From positions 8,613 to 72,612 of IMG/VR virus record IMGVR_UViG_3300005549_000002: a stretch of 64,000 bases of DNA; one strand, given 5' to 3'. The notes below the pieces were generated by a model, which ran no database searches, was not told the origin of the DNA, and was given only the letters and a program-made list of their open reading frames with translations. The DNA is from a virus. The position numbers and the translations under genes were made by a program. Of the stretch, positions 57,090 to 64,000 are shown piece after piece (within the stretch, counting starts at the first letter, position 1; each line of letters starts with the position of its first letter).

Positions 57090-57494
57090 ATGATCGCCGA
57101 CTACGACTACGCTCACGACACGTCCTCGACGCAGTGGCGCGGGTATATATACGCCCCCACCACGGCCACGCTGCCGCCGCCGTTTTCGGGCAACATCGAG
57201 TCGTCTGAGTATATATACCCGACCACGGGGTACGCCGAGGTCAAGCTCTCGCGCGATCTCGAGCGCCGCCTGCACCGCGCCATCGCCGACGCCGCGCGCG
57301 CCAACGAAGCGATCGCCCGCATGCGCCGTGTGCTCGACGCCGCCCGAACGAGTCGCACGCTGCAGCTCGCCCCGCTCCCCGAGCGCGAGCGCCGCGGCCG
57401 CCCCGCTGCGCGCACGCAAGCGTGGGGCTTCGAACATCGCCAGCGCTGCCGAACCAACCGACGCGCGCGCCCTCTGCCCATTCTGCAAACATGA
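57090..57494 (+). CDS. Hypothetical protein
   Basis: ATGA overlap with ParB-like gene. Confidence 0.35.
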   Translation: MIADYDYAHDTSSTQWRGYIYAPTTATLPPPFSGNIESSEYIYPTTGYAEVKLSRDLERRLHRAIADAARANEAIARMRRVLDAARTSRTLQLAPLPERERRGRPAARTQAWGFEHRQRCRTNRRARPLPILQT

Positions 57495-58060
57495 AACCTG
57501 CCAAGAGCACGAGCGCCGAGCCCGACGAAGCCGCCGCGGTCTGGATCGAACGCGCGACGCTGAAACCGTGGCCGCGTAACCCCCGCCACAACGCCGAGGC
57601 GGTCGAGAAAGTCGCCGCGTCGATCAAGCGATTCGGTTTCGGTAACCCCATCCTCGCGCGCAAGGCGGACAACGAAATCATCGCCGGCCACACGCGCGTG
57701 CTCGCAGCGGAGCTTCTCGGTATCGAGTTTGTGCCGGTGCGCTTTTTAGATCTCGATCCCGCCGACGCGCATCTGCTCGCCATCGCCGACAACAAGCTCG
57801 GCGAGATCGCCGAATGGGATGACAAAGAGGTCGTCACCATCATGGCCGAGTACAGCGCCGAAGACGCAGCGCTCGCCGGCTTCGAGGACGACGAGCTCGA
57901 CAAGCTCGCCAAACAGGTCGCCGCCGACGACGACGATCCGCCGACCGTCGAGCTCGACGAGCACTTCGCCATCATCATCGACTGCACGAGCGAGGCCCAG
58001 CAGCTCGACCTGCTCGGCCGATTTCAAGCCGAGGGGCTCAAGTGCCGCGCCTTGATCTAG
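57491..58060 (+). CDS. ParB/Srx N-terminal domain protein
   Basis: LKPWPRNPRHN..SIKRFGFGNPIL..IIAGHTR..IADNK. Confidence 0.85.
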   Translation: MKPAKSTSAEPDEAAAVWIERATLKPWPRNPRHNAEAVEKVAASIKRFGFGNPILARKADNEIIAGHTRVLAAELLGIEFVPVRFLDLDPADAHLLAIADNKLGEIAEWDDKEVVTIMAEYSAEDAALAGFEDDELDKLAKQVAADDDDPPTVELDEHFAIIIDCTSEAQQLDLLGRFQAEGLKCRALI

Positions 58061-59169
58061 AGCTCTCGATTGACATCGAGCGCACGCCCCGCGTCACCCA
58101 GCTGGAGGGAATGTTCGACATTCCCGAGGCGAAGCGCACGACCGCCAAGTTCCATTTCGACGTCCCGCTCGAGCAGCGCGACTGGCAGATCGGGCTCATC
58201 GTCGGCCCGTCGGGCGCCGGCAAGAGCTCGGCCGCGAGGCACCTGTTCGCCGACGCGCTCGTCTCGAGCTACCCGTGGCACCCGTCGCGAAGCCTGGTCG
58301 ACTCGTTCGATCCCGCCCTCTCGATTCGCGACGTCACCGCCGCCCTCAGCTCCGTCGGGTTCTCGAGCCCGCCGTCCTGGCTCAAGCCGTTCCACGTGCT
58401 GTCGAACGGCGAGCAGTTTCGCGCGACGCTCGCGCAGGCGCTCCTCGATGCGCGGCAGCTCGTCGTCGTCGATGAGTTTACGAGCGTCGTCGATCGCCAG
58501 GTCGCCAAGATCGGCTCGTGCGCGGTCGCGAAAGCCGTGCGCCGCGCCCCCGGCAAGCAGTTCGTCGCCGTCTCGTGTCACGAGGACATCGTCGAGTGGC
58601 TGCAGCCCGATTGGATCCTAGAGCCTCACGTGAGCCGATTCACGTGGAGGGAGCTTCAACGGCGCCCCGACATCGAGCTGGAAATCCGCCGAGTCCATCA
58701 TTCGCTCTGGCGGATCTTCGCTTCACATCACTATCTGACCGCCGAGCTCAATCACTCCGCGGTCTGTTTTGCCGCGCTCTTGAACGGGCGCACCGTCGCC
58801 TTCGACGCGTGGCTTCCCTTCGTGGGAAAACTTCGCGACAAGCAGAAGGCGCGGCGAGGCCACCGCACGGTCTGCCTGCCTGATTATCAGGGCGTAGGGA
58901 TAGGTCGCGCCCTGTTCGATACCGTCGCTAGCATGTGGTCTGGGCTCGGCTTTCGTGCATTCTCGAGGACAGCGCATCCGGCCGAGATCCGAAGCCGCAC
59001 GCGGGGCGGAAACTGGCGCCTCACCCGCCACGGGTTCACCGCCAAAGACACCGGCCGGCAGAAGTCGCTCGCGAAGTCGCGCACGACGAGTCGCCGCGCT
59101 GCCTCGTTCGAATGGATCGGCCCGCCGATGCCGCTCGAGCAAGCGAACAAACTCCTCAATGCAACCTGA
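58042..59169 (+). CDS. ABC-type ATPase fused to GNAT acetyltransferase
   Basis: GPSGAGKS, LSNGEQFR, VVDEFTSVVDR, SCH; GNAT FASHHYL..RTVCLPDYQGVGIG. Confidence 0.85.
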   Translation: MPRLDLELSIDIERTPRVTQLEGMFDIPEAKRTTAKFHFDVPLEQRDWQIGLIVGPSGAGKSSAARHLFADALVSSYPWHPSRSLVDSFDPALSIRDVTAALSSVGFSSPPSWLKPFHVLSNGEQFRATLAQALLDARQLVVVDEFTSVVDRQVAKIGSCAVAKAVRRAPGKQFVAVSCHEDIVEWLQPDWILEPHVSRFTWRELQRRPDIELEIRRVHHSLWRIFASHHYLTAELNHSAVCFAALLNGRTVAFDAWLPFVGKLRDKQKARRGHRTVCLPDYQGVGIGRALFDTVASMWSGLGFRAFSRTAHPAEIRSRTRGGNWRLTRHGFTAKDTGRQKSLAKSRTTSRRAASFEWIGPPMPLEQANKLLNAT

Positions 59170-59680
59170 CATCCGGATCGTGATCGCCCCGCGGGGATGG
59201 GTCTTCGTCGGGCTCTTCTCGCGCCGGGGCGCGCACTGCACCGTCGACGGCGGCTTCGTCGTGCGAACCTGGGGGACGAGCAAGGGGCTCGGCGAGCTCG
59301 CTCTTCTCGGACCGCTCGAGCGGACCGTGCTCGATCCTGCACCGTGCATCGAGCTGCCGAGCGCGGGCATCATCGCCACCTTGCGCTGCGACGCGGCGAA
59401 GTGGCAGGCGCTCTGCCGCGCAAGCGGCGACGAGCGGCAAACGAGCTTCGACTTGAAGAGCGGCGACGGGTACGGCGACGGCGACGGCGACGCAGCGGGC
59501 GACGGCTACGGCAACGGCTACGCCGGCGGCAACGGCACGCGCGACGGGGGCGGCTTCGGACACGGCGACGGCGCCAAGGATGGCGGCGGCTCGGGCGCGG
59601 GCGATCGCTACGGTCAGCGCGACGGCGACGGCGACGGCGACGGCCGCGCGTACGGGTACTCTGCTCGCGCGAGCGCTTGA
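59159..59680 (+). CDS. Phage protein with Gly/Asp-rich GDGYG tail
   Basis: RGWVFVG..VRTWGTSKGLGELALLGP domain followed by GDG repeats. Confidence 0.6.
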   Translation: MQPDIRIVIAPRGWVFVGLFSRRGAHCTVDGGFVVRTWGTSKGLGELALLGPLERTVLDPAPCIELPSAGIIATLRCDAAKWQALCRASGDERQTSFDLKSGDGYGDGDGDAAGDGYGNGYAGGNGTRDGGGFGHGDGAKDGGGSGAGDRYGQRDGDGDGDGRAYGYSARASA

Positions 59681-59686
59681 GCTCGA

Positions 59687-60103
59687 CTAGTCGTGGTCGT
59701 CGACGTTGGGAATGCGCAACGCTAGGCGCGGCACGGATAGTGACTGCTCGATGTGCACGACGAGCTCGGCGGGGGGCTCCCAGATGTTGAGACGCCCCTT
59801 GATGGCGAACGGCTCGAAGGGGCGCACGTTCGACAGATGCCACGCATACTCCCCGGGCTTGATGCTGCTCTCGCACGCTGCCACCGCGTCGAGGTCGCTG
59901 GCTGGCACGATATCGTCGAGCGTCACGACACAGAGCGCGACCCCGAGCGGACCGAGCTCGTAGGGTGTGCCTCGTCGCGGGGTGCTCGACGCGCAGATGA
60001 TGAGATCGCCGCGGTAGTCGACGTGCCACGTCCGCAGCTCGATGGTTTTTTGCCCCGACGCGATAAGACTCGCCCAGGGTTGTTTGATGGAAAGCGCCTT
60101 CAT
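59687..60103 (-). CDS. ASCH domain protein
   Basis: MKALSIKQPWASLIASGQKTIELRTW..YRGDLIICAS..KGRLNIW. Confidence 0.9.
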   Translation of the reverse strand: MKALSIKQPWASLIASGQKTIELRTWHVDYRGDLIICASSTPRRGTPYELGPLGVALCVVTLDDIVPASDLDAVAACESSIKPGEYAWHLSNVRPFEPFAIKGRLNIWEPPAELVVHIEQSLSVPRLALRIPNVDDHD

Positions 60104-60300
60104 TTGCTGCGCGGCGGCTCGCTGGCTTCCCAGAGAACGTGACGCACCCAATCGGCGTAGCGGCGAAAGCTCGAGCGCTCGAATGCTGCTTTAAAGCGCG
60201 CGTCCTCCGTCGCGGCGACGCGCACGTAGAGAATGATTTCCGGCACGCCCGACTTCGTCGTGCTGGGTTTTTTCGACTTCGACTTCGATGATTTGTCCAT
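60100..60300 (-). CDS. Ribbon-helix-helix-like DNA-binding protein
   Basis: ILYVRVAATEDARFKAAF..YADWVRHVL; own copy of promoter motif. Confidence 0.55.
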   Translation of the reverse strand: MDKSSKSKSKKPSTTKSGVPEIILYVRVAATEDARFKAAFERSSFRRYADWVRHVLWEASEPPRSK

Positions 60301-60308
60301 GGAGCTCT

Positions 60309-60336
60309 CTTGTAGCAGAGCGCTAGCGCTACGCAA
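60309..60336 (-). promoter_or_regulatory. Repeated promoter motif, copy 2
   Basis: TTGCGT-AGCGCTAGCGCTCTGC-TACAAG-N8-ATG. Confidence 0.55.
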
Positions 60337-60348
60337 GCTCTCATTTGG

Positions 60349-60394
60349 CGCGTCGTCGACAGCGTCGTCGACAGCGTCGTCGACAGCGTCGTCG
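60349..60394. repeat. 12-bp tandem repeat (GCGTCGTCGACA; encodes DDAV on minus strand)
   Basis: About 3.8 copies seen directly. Confidence 0.8.
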
Positions 60395-60548
60395 AGCGCG
60401 ACTCCCGCGGTCTCGACGTCGATAACAGCGCTCGATTCCCAGTGCTGAGCGACTGCCAGAGCCGCTTTCGCGTCGTCGAGCGACTTCTGTGCGCTCGCGC
60501 GGCGCTCGCGCATGAGAGCGAGCCTCTCTGCTGCTGCTGCTGCTGTAA

Positions 60549-60737
60549 TCATCGAACTTCCTCCAGATTGCAGCTCGCGTCGTTGGGTAAAAGATGAAGC
60601 GTGCGCCCGTCGTCGAGCCAGATGAGCACGAGATTCGCCGCGACGGCGGCGACGTTGCCCTCGCTGCGCTCGAGATGCTGCGCGCGCAAGCGCACGCGCA
60701 TCCCCTTGCGGAACGAGTCTCGAATGCACGGGGTCAT
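60549..60737 (-). CDS. Small SH3-like hypothetical protein
   Basis: FRKGMRVRL..EGNV..IWLDDGR. Confidence 0.45.
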   Translation of the reverse strand: MTPCIRDSFRKGMRVRLRAQHLERSEGNVAAVAANLVLIWLDDGRTLHLLPNDASCNLEEVR

Positions 60738-60949
60738 TGGCGGCGCGCCCAATAGATCTCGTCGCCGTACCCGCACACCCAACCGTGCTGGGTCGGTCTA
60801 GCGAGACTCCAATCGTACTGCCACGTATTGAAGTCGCCGCGCGGCAGCGCTAGCCGAAGCTGCGACCAGGCGCAGACGACCGCTCTTTCCGGCTCGCACG
60901 AATACTCGGCGACCGCCTCGCCCGTGCTGACACGATAGACGGTGGTCAT
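60734..60949 (-). CDS. Hypothetical protein
   Basis: Coupled small ORF. Confidence 0.45.
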   Translation of the reverse strand: MTTVYRVSTGEAVAEYSCEPERAVVCAWSQLRLALPRGDFNTWQYDWSLARPTQHGWVCGYGDEIYWARRQ

Positions 60950-61179
60950 CGTACCCTCGTGACGAACAGGCTCGGGCTGCCGACTTGCGGGATCTCGTGC
61001 TCGTCGCCAATCGCGAGAGCGCGCAGCGGCAGAGCGTGCTCGCTGTCAACGTAGGGCAGCACGTCGGCGAGATCGCACGGCATGCCGTCGAGCTCGTAGC
61101 GCTCCGCCCCGCGCTCTCGCGAGCGCTCGAACCCTAGCACCGTCAAGTCGTCGTCGTCGTGTCGTAGGTCATTCATCAT
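60946..61179 (-). CDS. Hypothetical protein
   Basis: Coupled small ORF. Confidence 0.45.
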   Translation of the reverse strand: MMNDLRHDDDDLTVLGFERSRERGAERYELDGMPCDLADVLPYVDSEHALPLRALAIGDEHEIPQVGSPSLFVTRVR

Positions 61180-61221
61180 GGGATTTCTCGTTTCGTTGGG
61201 GGGGAAAGGGGGGACGTTCTT

Positions 61222-61881
61222 TTAGGCTTTCGTGACGAGTCGCAGCACGCCCGCGGGCTTCGCGGCTGGTTTCAGCGCGGGATAACCCGGGCCGTCGAGT
61301 CGCATCGGCATGAGCACGATCACGAGCTCGGGCACGTGGGGATTCGTGATGCGCGTCGCCTCGAGCTCGCCCACGAATTCGATCCGCAGACCGGGCTCGC
61401 GCTTGATTGACATCTCGCTCGCGTCCACGAACGCAGCGCCCGCGTCGGCGAGGTAGCTCGCGTTGAGATTCATCCACCGCAAGCCCTCGCGCTCGGGATC
61501 CATCGTCGGCATGACTTGCTCGTAGGGCGGAAACTCGTAGTCGCTGCGATCGGAAAAGATGAAAGTCGTGTTGCTCGGCGCGACGTGAATCGACCGATCG
61601 CTCGAGTCGAACGACACGATGCCGACTGTCAGTTTCTTGATGGCGCGCTGCAGGTCGAGCACGGTGTAGCGCGAGATGAGACACGAGCCCGGCTCGATGC
61701 CGTCCACGTTGACAGCGAATTTCGCGAGGCGATGCCCGTCCGACGACACGGCGGTCAGGGTGCGCTCGCCGAGCTCGAGATAAAGACTGTTGAGCGCCTC
61801 GCGCGTCTCGTCTGTCGAGATGCTGCGAATCGTCGCCCCGATGAGGCGACGCAGGGCGGAAACTTCAATTTCGAATTTCAC
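61222..61881 (-). CDS. Two-domain DNA polymerase III beta clamp-like protein
   Basis: STDETREALNSLYLE..AVSSDGHRL..FPPYEQVMP..LNASYLADA..LMPMRL. Confidence 0.75.
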   Translation of the reverse strand: MKFEIEVSALRRLIGATIRSISTDETREALNSLYLELGERTLTAVSSDGHRLAKFAVNVDGIEPGSCLISRYTVLDLQRAIKKLTVGIVSFDSSDRSIHVAPSNTTFIFSDRSDYEFPPYEQVMPTMDPEREGLRWMNLNASYLADAGAAFVDASEMSIKREPGLRIEFVGELEATRITNPHVPELVIVLMPMRLDGPGYPALKPAAKPAGVLRLVTKA

Positions 61882-62078
61882 GAGCACACCCACACTTTCG
61901 AGACACCGAGCGCGATCGCGAGGATGGCGGCAGCTTTTTTCGCGTCGGCGAAGCTCGACTGCGGAAAGAACGTCGGCTCGGCAGTGCGGCTGCCGATGGC
62001 GAATGCCCAGTAGCCGACGCCGCGGGGCGATTTTCCGTGAGCGTTGATGTAGTCGGTGGTGTGGATTTCGATCTTCAT
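61878..62078 (-). CDS. Small hypothetical protein
   Basis: HGKSPRGVGYWAF; GTGA overlap. Confidence 0.5.
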   Translation of the reverse strand: MKIEIHTTDYINAHGKSPRGVGYWAFAIGSRTAEPTFFPQSSFADAKKAAAILAIALGVSKVWVCS

Positions 62079-62118
62079 TTGGGGTCTCGTTTTCGTTTCG
62101 TTCGTTCTGACAATCTTC

Positions 62119-62146
62119 ATACTAGCGGACCGCTAGCGCGGCGCAA
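62119..62146 (-). promoter_or_regulatory. Repeated promoter motif, copy 3
   Basis: TTGCGC-CGCGCTAGCGGTCCGC-TAGTAT. Confidence 0.6.
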
Positions 62147-62153
62147 GCAAACT

Positions 62154-62399
62154 TCAGGAGAAATCCTCTGCGAATCGAGCGAGCGTGCAGCCGGCTCGAG
62201 CGAGCGCTGCGTCCTCAAACTTGCCGATGCGGCGAAGCGCGCTCATGTAGAGTCGATTGTTTCGCTCGGTGGGGTCGCGTCGCCAAATCGTGGCGAGCTT
62301 GTCCTTGCGGGCGGTGAGCGCGAGGTACTTCGGATCTACCCAGCAGGCGGCAAACACGGCGGCTCGTTTCGGGTCGGGCATCTTCTTCATCGTCTTCAT
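62154..62399 (-). CDS. Hypothetical protein (leaderless start)
   Basis: ATG 7 nt after the -10 of promoter copy 4. Confidence 0.45.
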   Translation of the reverse strand: MKTMKKMPDPKRAAVFAACWVDPKYLALTARKDKLATIWRRDPTERNNRLYMSALRRIGKFEDAALARAGCTLARFAEDFS

Positions 62400-62406
62400 G
62401 ATCTTC

Positions 62407-62434
62407 ATTCTGACGGACCGCTAGCGCAGCGCAA
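62407..62434 (-). promoter_or_regulatory. Repeated promoter motif, copy 4
   Basis: TTGCGC-TGCGCTAGCGGTCCGT-CAGAAT-N7-ATG. Confidence 0.6.
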
Positions 62435-62463
62435 GCGATATTCCGTCGCGTTGCAGGGAAAGA

Positions 62464-62682
62464 TTACGCGCTCGAGACAGCGCGATTGGTGACGAGCTCG
62501 CCGTCTCGCGTGATGATGCGCACGCAGGAGCCTTCGAAGCAGGGCGAGCGAAGCATGCGAAACGCTGCAGCTTTCGCGAGAGCGAGCGTCTCGGCGCCGT
62601 CTTGCTCGGCGATCGTGCCGTCGCTGTACAAGCCTTGGATGATGTAGGTCGGGTCGTCGGTGGTCGTCGTCGCGTTCTTCAT
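62464..62682 (-). CDS. Hypothetical protein (leaderless start)
   Basis: ATG 7 nt after the -10 of promoter copy 5. Confidence 0.45.
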   Translation of the reverse strand: MKNATTTTDDPTYIIQGLYSDGTIAEQDGAETLALAKAAAFRMLRSPCFEGSCVRIITRDGELVTNRAVSSA

Positions 62683-62689
62683 GAACATC

Positions 62690-62717
62690 AGTCTGACGGA
62701 CCGCTAGCGCAGCGCAA
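62690..62717 (-). promoter_or_regulatory. Repeated promoter motif, copy 5
   Basis: TTGCGC-TGCGCTAGCGGTCCGT-CAGACT-N7-ATG. Confidence 0.6.
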
Positions 62718-62941
62718 GCGCTCGAGCAGGGATTCTAGGAATAATCCTCGCCCCAATGGGTTCAAGTACTTAGGCGATCGCTCGCTCGAGCGCTCTTGAC
62801 GAGCTCTGGCGCGCTCGACGACGCTCGACAGACGAGAGCTCGCTTTCTCGTCGCGCGCCCTTCTGTCGCTGTCGTGCTGCGCGCGTCGTTCATTCGCAGC
62901 GCTGTCGTCGCTCGTCGTGCTCGACGCTCGTCGTCGAGGGC

Positions 62942-63193
62942 TCAGGCGTCGGCGCAGTGTTCGAGCAGCTCGGTGATTTCCTTGCACGTCGACTCGACTC
63001 GACGCAGACGTTCCTCGTGCTCTCGTCGCGCTTGCGCGTAGGCGTCGTCGCCCTGCACGTAATAGTCGCGAGCGTTCGGCGCAGCGTCGGCGAGCGCGCG
63101 CAGCGCATCATGAAGAGCGCGCGCGGCGCGCTCGTACCCTTCGACGAGCTCGACCTTGCCCGTCCCGTTGCGGTGAATCGATGGCGTTCTCAC
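62942..63193 (-). CDS. Hypothetical protein
   Basis: PSIHRNGT..APNARDYYVQG; GTGA overlap with upstream gene. Confidence 0.45.
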   Translation of the reverse strand: MRTPSIHRNGTGKVELVEGYERAARALHDALRALADAAPNARDYYVQGDDAYAQARREHEERLRRVESTCKEITELLEHCADA

Positions 63194-63783
63194 GAATCGC
63201 AACCGAGCAGCGCTCGGCCCTCCGTCGTGGCGAAGTAGCGACGACCGTCCCACTTGCCAATCAGGCGTTGTTTCTTCAGCCACGAGATCGTCGACGAGCC
63301 GAAGTCCCACGGCGAAATCCCGTCCGCCATTGCGGCAGCGTTGAGGCAGCGTCGGCGCTTGTCGCTGAGCGAGCTCAGATCGACGGCGGGCTTCGGGGGA
63401 GGCGCTTCTTTCTCGGCGAACTCGCCCTCGTGCACCTTGATCGCGCTCGCGAGATGTTCTCGCGCTTGCGCTGCGTCCGCGCCGTCGCCCTCGGCGCGCG
63501 CGCGAAGCGATTCGATGTAGCGCGCGCTCGAGTCGCGACGCTCGACGACCCAGCGCGCTCGCACGTCGGCGACCATGCGCTCGAACGGGAACGTAGCGGC
63601 GTCGACATAGCCGTCGGGCGTCGCCACCATGCGGTGCGCGGCGACGTAGCTATCGTGCAGAACAGTCGCGAGCTCGGCGTCGTCCTCGAAGGTGTAGAGC
63701 AGCGTTCGCAGCATCGGCTCGAGCTCGTGGTTGCTGAGCAGGCTCCCGAGCACGGCGGCGAGCGTCTCGCGCTTGGCTTTCAC
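63190..63783 (-). CDS. Hypothetical protein
   Basis: GAGG RBS; coupled. Confidence 0.45.
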   Translation of the reverse strand: MKAKRETLAAVLGSLLSNHELEPMLRTLLYTFEDDAELATVLHDSYVAAHRMVATPDGYVDAATFPFERMVADVRARWVVERRDSSARYIESLRARAEGDGADAAQAREHLASAIKVHEGEFAEKEAPPPKPAVDLSSLSDKRRRCLNAAAMADGISPWDFGSSTISWLKKQRLIGKWDGRRYFATTEGRALLGCDS

Positions 63784-63998
63784 GACGCACCTCGGTCGGT
63801 CGTGAGGGTGTCGACATAGGCGCGGATGCGGCGCCCGAGTTCGGCGTCGTCGATGTCGTCTGCGAGCGCAGCGCGACCGACGGCAGAAATCTTCGACAGG
63901 TCCATGATGTTGACGGGGATGCCGCAGCAGGTTGCGTAGTAAGCGCGCATGACGCGGGCATCGATGGCTTTGGATGCGGCTTTCTGTTGACGTGTCAC
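63780..63998 (-). CDS. Hypothetical protein at window edge
   Basis: Coupled ORF; start uncertain. Confidence 0.4.
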   Translation of the reverse strand: MTRQQKAASKAIDARVMRAYYATCCGIPVNIMDLSKISAVGRAALADDIDDAELGRRIRAYVDTLTTDRGAS

Positions 63999-64000
63999 TG

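Noticed and set aside
59461-59660. GGCGAC-rich repeat as another guide-like array
   Set aside because: Period is 3/6 nt and it encodes an in-frame Gly-Asp/Tyr tail common in phage proteins
62760-62945. CGCTCG/CGACG-rich low-complexity stretch
   Set aside because: No fixed period, unit boundaries or credible ORF could be established by eye
1-64000. Host chromosomal genes or prophage boundaries
   Set aside because: All recognisable genes, including dnaB and the clamp homologue, sit in phage operons, and attP appears intact

Overview
The whole window is one GC-rich temperate phage with a Mu-like contractile tail, and the host is probably a myxobacterium (inference from GC content and protein style). 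Layout: 1-32977 (+) runs from the end of the capsid gene through neck, sheath, tube, tape measure, Mu-like baseplate, two very large repetitive fibre proteins and a lysis cassette. 32987-33063 is a tRNA-like element. 33019-46034 (-) is an early arm with a large serine integrase, an apparently intact attP, a multi-ubiquitin-domain protein, YqaJ/annealase/SMC-like recombination genes and a CI-like repressor. 46122-59680 (+) carries Cro, replication genes (DnaB), DHH, RusA, ParB-N and ABC-ATPase-GNAT. 59687-64000 (-) holds small early genes behind a repeated, mostly leaderless promoter. No terminase or portal is in the window. The stand-out locus is 53408-55435: a stand-alone 190-aa RAMP/Cas7-like protein directly followed by a non-coding array of five units. 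Each unit is 13-18 phased NN-GGY pentamers, and units are separated by GNRA-capped hairpins. This is a candidate phage-encoded RNA-guided system whose guide information may sit in the variable dinucleotides. All calls come from reading motifs by eye; no database searches were run.
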